Assembly: GCF_009914755.1 (NCBI RefSeq)
Contig: NC_060936.1
From: the human T2T-CHM13v2.0 reference genome, Homo sapiens
Length of the DNA: 64,000 nucleotides
Strand: one strand, 5' to 3'
The notes under the pieces were generated by a model, which had not been told where the DNA came from, made no database searches, and was given only the letters and a program-made list of their open reading frames with translations. The translations under genes were made by a program, and so were the position numbers. Below are positions 47,188 to 64,000 of this stretch, piece after piece. Numbering within the stretch: the stretch's first letter is position 1; every line of letters begins with the position of its first letter.

Positions 47188-47309
47188 CTCATGCTATAGG
47201 CACCAGCACCCAGTTCCTGGCCGATCCCGGACAGGCTAGCATCAAAGTCCTGCACCAACCCGGATTCAATCACTTCGTCGGCCAGAGGCAGCTTCAGAGC
47301 CCAGGCCAT
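47188..47309 (-). CDS. TFCP2: Transcription factor CP2 (LSF/LBP-1c), coding exon 1 (40 codons + 2 nt)
   Basis: Translates [40 protein letters not shown](S), the TFCP2 N-terminus. Strong Kozak gccaggATGG, in-frame upstream TAG at 47372-47370, donor AG|GTGAGT. Confidence 0.97.
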
Positions 47310-47786
47310 CCTGGCTCCTTCCTTGCCCCAGGAGACACCGTGTCTTGTACAAAGGCGCGGAGGGTAATTCTACCCAACAGGAGTAACGCAAACCAAGAAA
47401 ACTACAAACCAAGGTTTCCCACGCAGTGCCCACCAGCCACCCCCAAGCCCGACCAGCACTGCTCTGTGCACAACTAATCTCCCGTACCCTTGGCTGCTCG
47501 TTCTTGGCTGCCCCAGGTTCCAAAATCCCCCCTGCCCAGCTCTCAGGAACGTGAGGACCCCTTTGCTCAACTACTGCAGACTTCCCAGAGGCAGCTCTGG
47601 ACTCCCGCACTCCCACTCCTCTTGAGAGTTCGTAGTGGTGGCTTGCTGCTTCCCAGTCAGACCAGCAGCAGCCGCAGGAAGCCAGCCCGGCGCTCCCACG
47701 CTGCTTTTGCACCTTTTCCCCCGCCCCTTTCTGCTGGAGGCCCCCTCCCTCCCAGGTCTCGCTCTCTCTTTCCCCTCCAGGCCTCG

Positions 47787-47818
47787 CTTCCGGTCAGTCC
47801 CACGATCACTTCCGGTCA
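47787..47818 (-). promoter_or_regulatory. Tandem ETS/GABP sites (ACCGGAAG x2, 22-nt spacing)
   Basis: CTTCCGGTCA at 47787-47796 and 47809-47818. Confidence 0.75.
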
Positions 47819-47983
47819 CCCCTTCTCAACCCCACGGCTTAGAACCAAATCCAGGTTTCCGCTGAGCCGACTTCTCGCCCTCTGTAGCCCCCCACGGCCT
47901 GGAAACATGGAAGGAGAAAGTCCAGCACAGGCGTAAAACCTAGACTCGCCAGGCCCTTCCACCGTCCGCCGCCCCAGCGCCAA

Positions 47984-48053
47984 CCAATCATGGCGTCCTC
48001 TTTCCTCGCCTGCCCGGCGAACATGACGTCACGCTGTCGTTCGCCTATAAAGA
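47984..48053 (+). promoter_or_regulatory. CCAAT box (47984-47988), overlapping YY1-like ATGGCG, full CRE TGACGTCA (48024-48031), TATAAAGA (48046-48053)
   Basis: Motifs read directly from the sequence; function inferred. Confidence 0.7.
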
Positions 48054-48437
48054 AGAGACCGCGTCAGTCTCGGCAGCGATGATAGGCGGGCTGCGCCACG
48101 GCTCTGCCCCCGAGATGGGCTGGGCGATCACGGGGAGGACCCGGCGTGCAAGTGTCCGGGTTTAAACGTGTATCCGTGTAGTTACCAGAGTTCTGGTATT
48201 CGCTACCCATCAAGTCGTCACCCTGAGCCATGGAAGGAGCCCTTCTTCTAGCCTTATGAACCCACTCCACCCCTGGCGGACTCTTGACGGCTTCCCAAAC
48301 GCTCCTTACGTGTGTGCGCTTGCTCCTGCCCATACTCCTGTCTCCTTAAACTCACCTCTCCGGAGGTCAAGACCCTGCATAAGTCCCACTTCCCTGTATA
48401 TTCATTTTATCTTCGGCATCCTCTCTAATGCATTTGA

Positions 48438-48539
<102 letters not shown>

Positions 48540-48555
48540 TGAGGTCGGGAGTTCA

Positions 48556-49509
<954 letters not shown>

Positions 49510-49640
49510 TCAGCCACAGGCATCTCTCTGAAGGCTCCAGGCTTAAACCTGCCGTCTTACCTTGGTAAGCCCTAGGATCAAAGTCTTAGCTCATTCTGGA
49601 GACATTCAGTATCTCTTTAAGCCATCTTTTCTTCCCATGA

Positions 49641-50073
<433 letters not shown>

Positions 50074-50223
50074 TAGGGTATTTTTAAACCTCTCTTAGAT
50101 AGAGCCATGCCTTGTTTGACCATCAGCTCCATCTCTAGCTGTGTAATCTCAGGCAAGTAACTTTACATCTCTGAGCCTCAGTATTTTAATGCATAAATTA
50201 GTGAAAATAATACCTCCCCCTAA

Positions 50224-50508
<285 letters not shown>

Positions 50509-50722
50509 TGAGCCACCGCGCCCAGCCTGTTGTGAGTATTAAATAAGGTACCAAAATGCCGCAAAAATAGTAATGATTCAATAAATGTTATCTCCAGTCT
50601 CCCACTGGTAGTACACTTCTGCTTCTCTGTTAAGATTGGGTTGATTTTGTTATCCTATTTTAATAACATTAATTTACATTGTATAGTATGTTATGGGCTT
50701 GGGATTTTTTTGTTTCTTTTAG

Positions 50723-50866
<144 letters not shown>

Positions 50867-51060
50867 TGAGACTGAGTCGCGCTGTGTTGCCAGGCTGTAG
50901 TCAGTGGTGCGATCTGCAACCTCTGCCTCCTGGGTTCAAGCGATTCTTATGCCTCGGCCTCCCAAGTAGCTGGGACTACAGGCACATGCCATCACGCCCA
51001 GCTAATTTTTGTATTTTTAGTAGAGACAGGGTTTCACCATGTTGGCCAGGATGGTCTTGA

Positions 51061-51285
<225 letters not shown>

Positions 51286-51361
51286 TAAAGGCATACACCA
51301 CGACACTCAGCTAATTTTTTATTTTTAGTAGAAATGGAATCTTACTATGTTGCCCAAGTGA

Positions 51362-51703
<342 letters not shown>

Positions 51704-52573
51704 TGAACTCCTGACCTCATGAGATCTGCCTGCCTCTGCCTCTCAAAGTGCTGGAATTACAGGTATGAGCCACTGTGTCAGCCACCGTGTCCAGCCTTAA
51801 TAGCACTTTAAAATACATTGTCTTGGCCTGGCACCATGGTTCATACCTGTAATCTCAGCATTTTGGGAGGCTGAGGCAGGAGGATCACTTGAGCCCAGGG
51901 GTTAAAGATCAGCCTAGGCAATATAGTGAGACCCCCTTCTCTACAAGAAATTTAAAAATTAGGCATGGTGGTGTGCACCTGTAGTCCCAGCTACTCAGGA
52001 GGCTGAGGTGGGAGGATGGTTTGAGCCCAGGAGTTCGAGGCTACAGTGAGCCATGATTGGGCCTTTACACCCAGCCTGGACAACAGAGCAAGACACTGTC
52101 TCTATTAAAAATAAATAAATCAAATACATCATATCATTTAATCTTCATAGAAGTTTTTGTTTTGTTTTTCAATATGAGGAAGCTGAGACTCAGGACAGAG
52201 TGGTCAGGATCAAGCAGAACTCTTTAAAAATTATCCTGAAAATTATTTTGTGATTCAGCAACTCCTTTCTACATATATACCCTAGAGAAACTCTTCTACA
52301 TACATACCAGGAGACTTGTATGAGAATGTTGATGGCAGCACTCTTTTTGGTAACAAAATGGAATAAAAAAATTCTCCACCAGCAAAAGAATGGATAAATT
52401 AGACTGGAATATAATATTATTGAGCAGTGAAAATGAATAAAGCTATACTGAACTGCATGAATAAATCAATCTTAGAATTGAGGGGGAAATTCAGAAGTCC
52501 TCATACTGTGTAATATCACCTTATAAAGCTCAAAAGCCAGTAAAATTAAGCAATTATCATTTAGGACAGTATG

Positions 52574-53057
52574 CAGTTGACCTTTCAACAGCACAGGTTT
52601 GAACTGCACAGGTCTACTTATTTGTGGGTTTTCTTTTTTTTTTTAATTTTTCATTTTTGTTGTTTGTTGATATCTTCTAATATTCATGGATTGTCTTTCA
52701 CCTCTGACACTCCTGAGAGATTAAGACCAACCCCTCCTCTTCCTCCTCCTCTTCAGCCTACTCAATGTGAAGATGAGGAGGAAAGACCTTTTTGATGATC
52801 CATTTCCATTTAATGAATAGTAAGTATATTTCCTCTTCCTTGTGATTTTTAAAATATTTTCTTTTCTCTAGCCTACTTTATTGTAAGAATACAATATATA
52901 ATACATAAAACATAAAATATATGTCCATTGACTATGTTATCAGTAAGCTTTCGGATCAACAGTAGGCTGTTAGTAATAAAGTTTTAGGTGAGTCAGAAGT
53001 TACACTTGAACCTTCAACTGTGTGGGGATCACCCTCACATTGTTTAAGGGTCAACTT
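52574..53057. mobile_element. Tigger2a-like DNA transposon inside an L1M fragment
   Basis: TIRs cagttgacc(t)tt / aagggtcaact; internal cctcctcttcctcctcctcttcagcctactcaatgtgaagatgagg. Confidence 0.8.
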
Positions 53058-53163
53058 TACATAAGTCCTTTCAAAAGAAATGAAATAAATACAATTATAG
53101 TGATGGCCACATCTAAGGAGAGGCAGGGGAATAGGTGAGGGAAGGAACTAGAAAATAGCTTCA

Positions 53164-53487
<324 letters not shown>

Positions 53488-53811
53488 CTAGGCGTGGTGG
53501 CTCACACCTGTAATCCCAGCACTTTGGGAGGCCAAGGAGGGCAGATCACCTGAGATCGGGAGTTTGAGACCAGCCTGACCAACATGGAGAAACCCCATCT
53601 CTATTAAAAATACAAAATTAGCCGGGTGTGGTGGAATGCGGCTGTAATCCCAGCTACTCAGGAGGCTGAGGCAGGAGAATAGCTTAAACCCAGGACGCAG
53701 AGGTTGCAATGAGCTGAGATCACACCATTGCACTTCTGCCTGGATAACAAGAGGAGCGATACTCTGTCTCAAAAAAAAAAAACAGATAAAAAGAAAAAGA
53801 AAAAAAGATAG

Positions 53812-54036
<225 letters not shown>

Positions 54037-54471
54037 TAGCCAGGATGGTCTCGATCTCCTGAACTTGTGATCCACCCACCTCGACCTCCCAAAGTGCTGG
54101 GATTACAGGCGTGAGCCACCACGCCCAGCCTCAACAGTTCTTAATAGTTTACGTAAGTGGAGTAGTGGGTGCATGAGTGATTGTTTCATCATTATGCTTC
54201 ATAAATTACCAAAAAATTGTACTCTTGAATAAGTAACAAATATATATAAATTAGCAGCTAGTTCCTGATTCTCTTAGCTGGGATTTGCCTATGGTGATGC
54301 CTCCCTGCCAATGGAAACTGCACACACACACAGCAAAAAATAATAGCTAATATGGCTGGATGTGGTGGCTCACACCTCTACTCCTGGCACTCTGGGAGGC
54401 TGAGGCAGGTGGATTGCTTGAGCCGAGGAGTTCAAGACCAACCTGGGCAACATGGCAAAACCTCATCTCTA

Positions 54472-54880
<409 letters not shown>

Positions 54881-55145
54881 CATGTTACACTCTCTCTGTG
54901 AGTGGTTATAACTTTAAAAAGGGCCAGGTGTGATGGCTCATGCCTGTAATCCCAGCACTTTGGGAGACGGAGGTGGGTGGATAATCTGAGGTCAGGAGTT
55001 TGAGACCAGCCTGGCCAACATGGCAAAACCCTATCTCTACTAAAAATACAAAAATTAGTCGGGTGTGGTGGTGGGCACCTGTAGTCCCAGCTACTTGGGA
55101 GGCTGAGGCAGGAGAACCGCTTGAACCTGGGATGCAGAGGTTTCA

Positions 55146-55500
<355 letters not shown>

Positions 55501-55642
55501 TCAAAAAAATAATAATAATAAATTAAATAAATAAATAAATAAACTTTAAAAAGATCTGCTTTGCCGGGCGCAGTGGCTAACGCCTGTAATCCCAGCACTT
55601 TGGGAGGCCTAGGCAGGTGGATCATCTGAGGTCAGGAGTTCA

Positions 55643-55933
<291 letters not shown>

Positions 55934-56773
55934 TCACGAGGTCAGGAGATCGAGACCACGGTGAAACCCCGTCTCTACTAAAAATACAAAAAAAAAATTA
56001 GCCGGGCGTGGTGGCAGGCGCCTGTAGTCCCAGCTACTCGGAGAGGCTGAGGCAGGAGAATGGCGTGAACCCGGGAGGCAGAGCTTGCAGTGAGCCGAGA
56101 TCGCGCCACTGCACTCCAGCCTGAGTGACAGAGCAAGACTCCGTCTCAAAAAAAAAAAAAAATTTAAAAATAAATAAATAAATAAAAAAGATCTGCTTCT
56201 TACCTATTTTTCCTTTCAGAGATGAGTTTTGAAACTTGTGGAGGTGAGAATATTGAATTTTTAGAACATTGTTCCCATGAAGGAATATTGGATGAAGCAT
56301 GTTTTCTCATTCACGGAAGAATAGTTCAAAGGGAATGGACTTTAAAAAAAACAAAGAGTAATCATATTAGATGTTTCGAAGAGATGACTGTGCCACATCC
56401 AGGAATATCAGGGAGCCCTGTGCCCTGGAAAATATTTAGGAAAAGACACACATGTACTCCTTGGAAATGTTTGGGACTAAGTTTAATATCTGAACCAAAA
56501 TAAACACTGCACGGAAGTCCTCCTTGCCACTTATTAATTCTAAAACACACTGAGGTGAAATAAGAGGAGACTCCTAAGCCTCAGCCCCTCCCAAGTAGAG
56601 TGTAGGTCAGCCTGGAGTCATGCCCTTGACTGCGGTTCCCCCTTGGGAAAGAAGACTTCACACACTGTTTACCCCTGGAATTCTGTGACTCGGAAAGTGA
56701 ACTTTTCCCATACTCTTCCCCTCCCCAACGTAACTAAGAATGAAATTGGAGTGCCACGATAGGAGAGATTCTA

Positions 56774-57229
<456 letters not shown>

Positions 57230-57302
57230 TCAGAGTACCGGCCGGGCATGGTGGCTAACGCCTGTAATCCCAGCACTTTGGGAGGCCGAGGTGGGCAGAT
57301 CA

Positions 57303-57594
<292 letters not shown>

Positions 57595-57738
57595 TTAAGG
57601 CTCATCATGGAGGGTTCATTTCTCAAGATTGGATCCTAAAACTGGACACCATCAATATGGGACATAGCAGGGTCTACCCTGGTAGGTAGAAACATGTGGA
57701 AACTCTACCAAAAAGATCACTTTGGGCACGGTGGTTCA

Positions 57739-58041
<303 letters not shown>

Positions 58042-59181
58042 TCAAGGTCCCACCCACCTCTCAGAGCCTGTATGAGGTAAAGTCAAGCACAAAAGCTTTA
58101 CAGACAGCCTACCTGGGTTCAAATCCTGGTTTTGCTGTTCACAAAGCAGCACTGAGTAGATTGCTCATGCTCCGAGTACCTCAATTCCCTATCTGCAAAG
58201 TGGACATAATAATATTTCTTACTTTATAGAATTACTGTGAGAATTAACTGAGATGGTGCATGTTAAGTGCTTACAAGAGTGCCTAGCACTCTGACTAGTG
58301 ATCAGTAAAGGCTAGCTATTGTTATTATTGACAAGGAGGGCACCCTAGCAGCTGTCTTGCCTATCTCATAAGACAAATCAGTTCTCTCAGAAGCTTGAGG
58401 GTTTGCATGCCTTGGGTCGGTACCCATTCATCCCCTAGCCTTCCCTTTTCACTCGAGTAATCAAGTCAGTCAATGTCATTGGGTTTCCCAGTTAATCAGT
58501 GGACATTTTCCTCCAGGTACAAGAAGAAACCATTCCCCAGGCAGGCTTTTTTAGGGACTGACCATCTCGTTTTAACTCTTCACCTCTTCCTGCCACCCAC
58601 CTGTGAGACCTAGTGTGGCTTCTCTGAAGGACCCTGCAGTTGAAAGGAAAGGAAATCAGAAGTTTTCACAGCCCCACAGTTCTACCTCAGGCTCTTCTCC
58701 TCTAGAGAAGACTAGAGAAGTCCAGAAACCAGCCCATATCCATAAAACATCAGTTCCCCCATCAGAGCCATCCACAACACAATAGACTTCCCAGGCCTGG
58801 GAATAAAGACTGCAGTCCCTTCATCCTCTAAAGCCTTCCTGGGCCAAATGCCAAGAGCCACCCTCAGCTGGTCTGAGCCAGAGCTATCAGCTCCAACCGA
58901 CCTTGCTGGTGGGAGCTGCTGGGAGCTGTCTGTCTCAGGTCACAGCCAGCTGCTGCCCAGATTCTATTCACTCTCATATTTCACACACCCAACCCGGCAT
59001 AGCTAAGCTGAATCTCATAGTCCTGCTTTCTCCCAGGAACCTGAAGTCAGGGACTCAGCTGTCATTATTTCCGTGAAGGAGAGGGTATGAAATGCATTCA
59101 GTCAATCATCTGCCATTTATCAAGCACCTACTGTAGGCCCCTAGCCTGTGTAATGAGGAGTCACAGCCCAGCGTGGATAGC

Positions 59182-59225
59182 TAATATCTATGTAAGATCT
59201 ATGTAATATCTACGTAAAATCTATG
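59182..59225. repeat. Four tandem copies of an 11-mer, TAA(T/G/A)ATCTA(T/C)G
   Basis: taatatctatg taagatctatg taatatctacg taaaatctatg. Confidence 0.9.
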
Positions 59226-59351
59226 CAAAAGGTAAGTGCTGGCTTCTGTTTGAATTTTTGCCCCATTGTTTCAGAGTACTGTAAAGCTCCTCTGATCCCT
59301 AAGCTTTGCATCAGAGGCTTAGACATTCATTATCTCCCTGGGTAGGGGTGA

Positions 59352-59774
<423 letters not shown>

Positions 59775-60231
59775 TAGCCCAGACGTCATCAATACCAGCT
59801 GAGTGTCAGGGGAGAGGGACCTGAGAGACAGATGTCATGAACCCTGCTCCTAGGAAGTAGACAAGCCAAGAGAGACCCTCATGACAGGTGTGCTCTCAGC
59901 TCTAAGCTCAGGTGACAGTCCTGGGGAATAATACAAAGTCTTGCTTACCATATAGTCACCCTTTTGTAAAGTATAAGTCAAACTAATTATTAAAGTTCTG
60001 GCTTCCTATCCTGAAGAGTATACCTTTATAGTGACCTGGGAGGCCAGGTTTGGATTTAGAACTCCTTGAAGTCCCATGCTAGAATGTGCCCCAGTCCTGG
60101 CCCTCAGCCCGTTGGCTGCCTTCTCTTCCCTCTCCCCATCTTGCACTGCAAAGAGCCTGACGTACATGTGTAGACACCGTAGTCTACATATCCAAGCTCT
60201 GTCACCCTACTGTCTGACAAACAGCTGCCCT

Positions 60232-61452
<1,221 letters not shown>

Positions 61453-61836
61453 GCCACCTCTTAGACCTACAAGTGTGCACACCAACGGCACAGCTCCTGG
61501 AACCCAGAGAGGAGGGGTCCAGGAAGTGGGCTTGGCAGAGAATTCTGGGGCTCTAGGTATAAGAAGGGTGTTCTAAAAGGAGACCCTGTGCCCTTCTGTC
61601 TCTAGAACTGAATCCCCAATGTGATGGGAGGGTCGTGGTGGCAGGAGGGCCCAAGCAGGGACTTCTGAAATGGGAATCCAGAGTACTGACCCCTGCTTTC
61701 TTGCAATGGGATTTTCCAGGCTGCAAGCTGACAGCAAAGACTGTCACTTCCCTGTCCTCTGACACTGTTTCACTAATATTTCTACCCTGAAGAGTGAACA
61801 GGAAACAAGCAGACCAGTACAAAAGAAAAAATACTG

Positions 61837-61842
61837 TTTATT
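61837..61842 (-). terminator. Polyadenylation signal AATAAA on the minus strand
   Basis: Plus-strand tttatt. On the minus strand there is an upstream TGTA (61855-61852) and a downstream U/GU-rich TTTTTTCTTTTGTACTGGTCTGCTTGTTTCC. Confidence 0.7.
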
Positions 61843-63363
61843 CCACACAACTACATCAAGCGCTTCTTCCCCATTCTCCTCTCCCCTTGCTGCCCCTCCA
61901 GCCCTCAGGAAGCTTTGTCTGTGTTGGGAACAGTGAGAACCTCAGTGCCAGAGCCTGGTCCAAGAGGCAGGAAGGAAATCTGGGCATGGGAAGGTAATTG
62001 GATTTCCAAGAACACAAAAATGTCAGAGTCTCGCATTCCAAACTCGTGTGTTCCTTAGTCCATTTGGCTGAGTTCTTTCCCTGGACTTCACCTGGATAAA
62101 ATGCCGTGGTAATGCAGGGTCAAAGGCCCTAGCTGATCCACCAGGAAAGTTTTGGTCTTTCTTCCATTTAAAACAAAACAAACAAAACTCCACACAGTTA
62201 AACCATTTCTGTCCATTCTCCTCTCTTTCCATAGTAAAGACGACACTAAGCTCTGGTGTAAGTCCAGAAGATGTTTTCAAAACAAAATGTATACCAACTC
62301 CTTCAGAGCCTGATGCTAACAAAAAATAAAATAAACCTACCTCCTAGGTGAGAGGTTCAGGCCCCAGCTGCTTCCTGGGGGGTCTTACACTGTGGGAGGA
62401 AGGGCAGAGGTCACAGGCCAGCGAGCTGTGCTTTGGGTAAACCTCAGGGACACCCTGCACCCCCATGCCTGGGGAACTCAGCCTGCAAACCTCCCACCCC
62501 TGGTATTGTTCCTCTGAATGACCAATCCATCATTCCAGCAGAGGAGAAATGGTTTAGTTTTAGCTCAGCTTTGGGAAGACAAATTTAAATGAGGGAGGGG
62601 CTGAGAAAGCATGGCCAGGCCTAATTTAGACCAGTGGTTCATGATTGTTTTCCCATCATGACACAGGACAGATGGTGTTCCCCTGCACGTCCACCACCAC
62701 AGACACACCCTGGATTATGTGCTATTCCCAGGGTGCCAGCTGTGACCCATTTGTCTCTCTCAAAAAAGAAAGCATACCTGAATGCAAGCGTCTGAGCATG
62801 AAAACCTGCATCGCCATAAGTTTTTGTTTGTTTGAGACCGAGTCTTGCTCTGTCACCCAGGCTGGAGTGAAGTAGTGTGATCTCAGCTCATTGCAACCTC
62901 CAGGGTTCAAGCAATTCTCCTGCCTCCACCTCCCAAGTAGCTGGGATTACAGATGTGCACTACCACACCTGGCTAATTTTTGTATTTTTAGTAGAGACGG
63001 GGTTTCACCATGTTGGTCAGGCTGGTCTCGAACTCCAGACCTCAAATGATCCGCCCACCTCGGCCTTCCAAAGTGTTGGAATTACAGGCATAAGCCAATG
63101 TGCCTGGCCTAATTTACTGAAGTGTCAGTCACTGAATCCTTTACAAGCTCTGGAACTTAACTATTCTCACTGAAAACTTGTTTGCAACACCCCTCCCAAA
63201 TGAGTCTGTCATCTCATTGAGGCAGGTCGATAACCCTGAACTAGAGTGTGGAGACTCTCTGTTGGAGACACGCTCTCCTGAAAAGCCGGGTCAGGCAAGC
63301 TGCCCACCTGCTTCCTCACCTCTGCTACACTCTGGCAGGCATGGTTTGTCCAAATGCAGCAGA

Positions 63364-63416
63364 GCGTGTATGTGTGTGTGTGTGCGCGCGTCTGTGCGCG
63401 CTGCACGTGCGTGTGC
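63364..63416. repeat. (GT)n/(GC)n alternating purine-pyrimidine tract
   Basis: gcgtgtatgtgtgtgtgtgtgcgcgcgtctgtgcgcgctgcacgtgcgtgtgc. Confidence 0.85.
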
Positions 63417-64000
63417 TAATTCAGCACACAACTGTCCTCCTCTTACTGGCCAGGCTACCAAGAGGGTGGCCACGCTGGCACTGCAGGGCCTGGGAGGCAC
63501 CAACAGTAAGTGGGAAAGGAAACAGGACACCAGAGGAAGCTAGGCTAGGAGGTGGCTCTGCACCAGTGACTGACAGAGGTGGTGATGTGTCCCCAGCTGA
63601 CGGTCCTTCCCTCAGGGTGGATCATGGGAGGTCCACTGGAGGCAGCTGTTAGAGACCAGCCTCTGTAAGGATAAGAGTACTGAAGACAGGGGTGGTTGAC
63701 CCCCGTGACTTGGGGCCCTTTAGGGATAATCTACACCGCAAGCCTGTGGTCATCTAGGCAAATCTCAGTTCTCTCCTGACTTCCTGGAGTTACATACTGA
63801 ATTTTAGGGGCTTTCCAGCCACAGTGAGGCTGGAAACTCACTTAACAGCTTGGATGAGAGCTAACCCCCAAGGTACCATAGCTACCCCGTCTAGAAGCAA
63901 AACTCAATCTGATCTGGGGGTGTCCTTGGCTCAGAGGACACTGTGGGGATTGCTTACACACAGACATGGTCTGAGACTCGACAAAATGAGATTTCTCCTC

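Larger units (their letters stand above)
47200..48360. promoter_or_regulatory. TFCP2: CpG-island promoter and 5' UTR of TFCP2
   Basis: GC- and CpG-rich, repeat-free stretch around exon 1; GC box ccccgcccc at 47719-47727. Confidence 0.9.
61815..64000 (-). other. POU6F1: Probable terminal 3' UTR of the neighbouring minus-strand gene (POU6F1)
   Basis: Mostly unique sequence ending at a well-formed poly(A) site about 14 kb upstream of TFCP2. The identity comes from recalled 12q13 gene order; no coding sequence of this gene is in the window. Confidence 0.65.

Noticed and set aside
47310-47372. Long N-terminal extension of TFCP2
   Set aside because: There is an in-frame TAG 21 codons upstream of the ATG.
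48064-48070. Inr-like TCAGTCT paired with the TATA
   Set aside because: Its A is only 20 nt from the TATA, too close for canonical spacing.
62321-62335. AATAAAATAAA as the neighbouring gene's poly(A) signal
   Set aside because: Wrong strand for a minus-strand gene; it reads as a U-rich UTR tract.
63178-63652. Overlapping 65-134 aa ORFs near the window end
   Set aside because: Driven by the GT/GC tract and GC content; no POU or homeodomain similarity.

Overview
Primate (almost certainly human) genomic DNA, very repeat-dense: about 95 Alu copies or fragments by manual count (roughly 40% of the window), plus L1, L2, MIR, CR1/L3, LTR and Tigger remnants. The only protein-coding sequence I can support is coding exon 1 of TFCP2 (LSF/CP2; minus strand, 47309->47188, [40 protein letters not shown]...), inside a CpG-island promoter (~47.2-48.35 kb). 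Bases 1-47187 are TFCP2 intron 1. That intron holds the 5' part of a processed prohibitin (PHB1) pseudogene, a Y1 RNA pseudogene and a U6 pseudogene. The last ~2.2 kb is probably the terminal 3' UTR of the next minus-strand gene (POU6F1 by recalled gene order), with an AATAAA at 61842-61837. Nearly all supplied ORFs are Alu or L1 translation artefacts. I found no convincing new biological system. The best leads are a CCAAT-CRE-TATA cassette facing away from TFCP2, TSS-dependent uORFs, an apparent conversion patch between inverted Alus, two copies of a rare AluY variant 5.4 kb apart, an exact non-tandem 22-mer duplication, serial insertions at single target sites, and a gained splice donor in the PHB1 pseudogene. 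Repeat boundaries and subfamily names come from visual recognition and are approximate.
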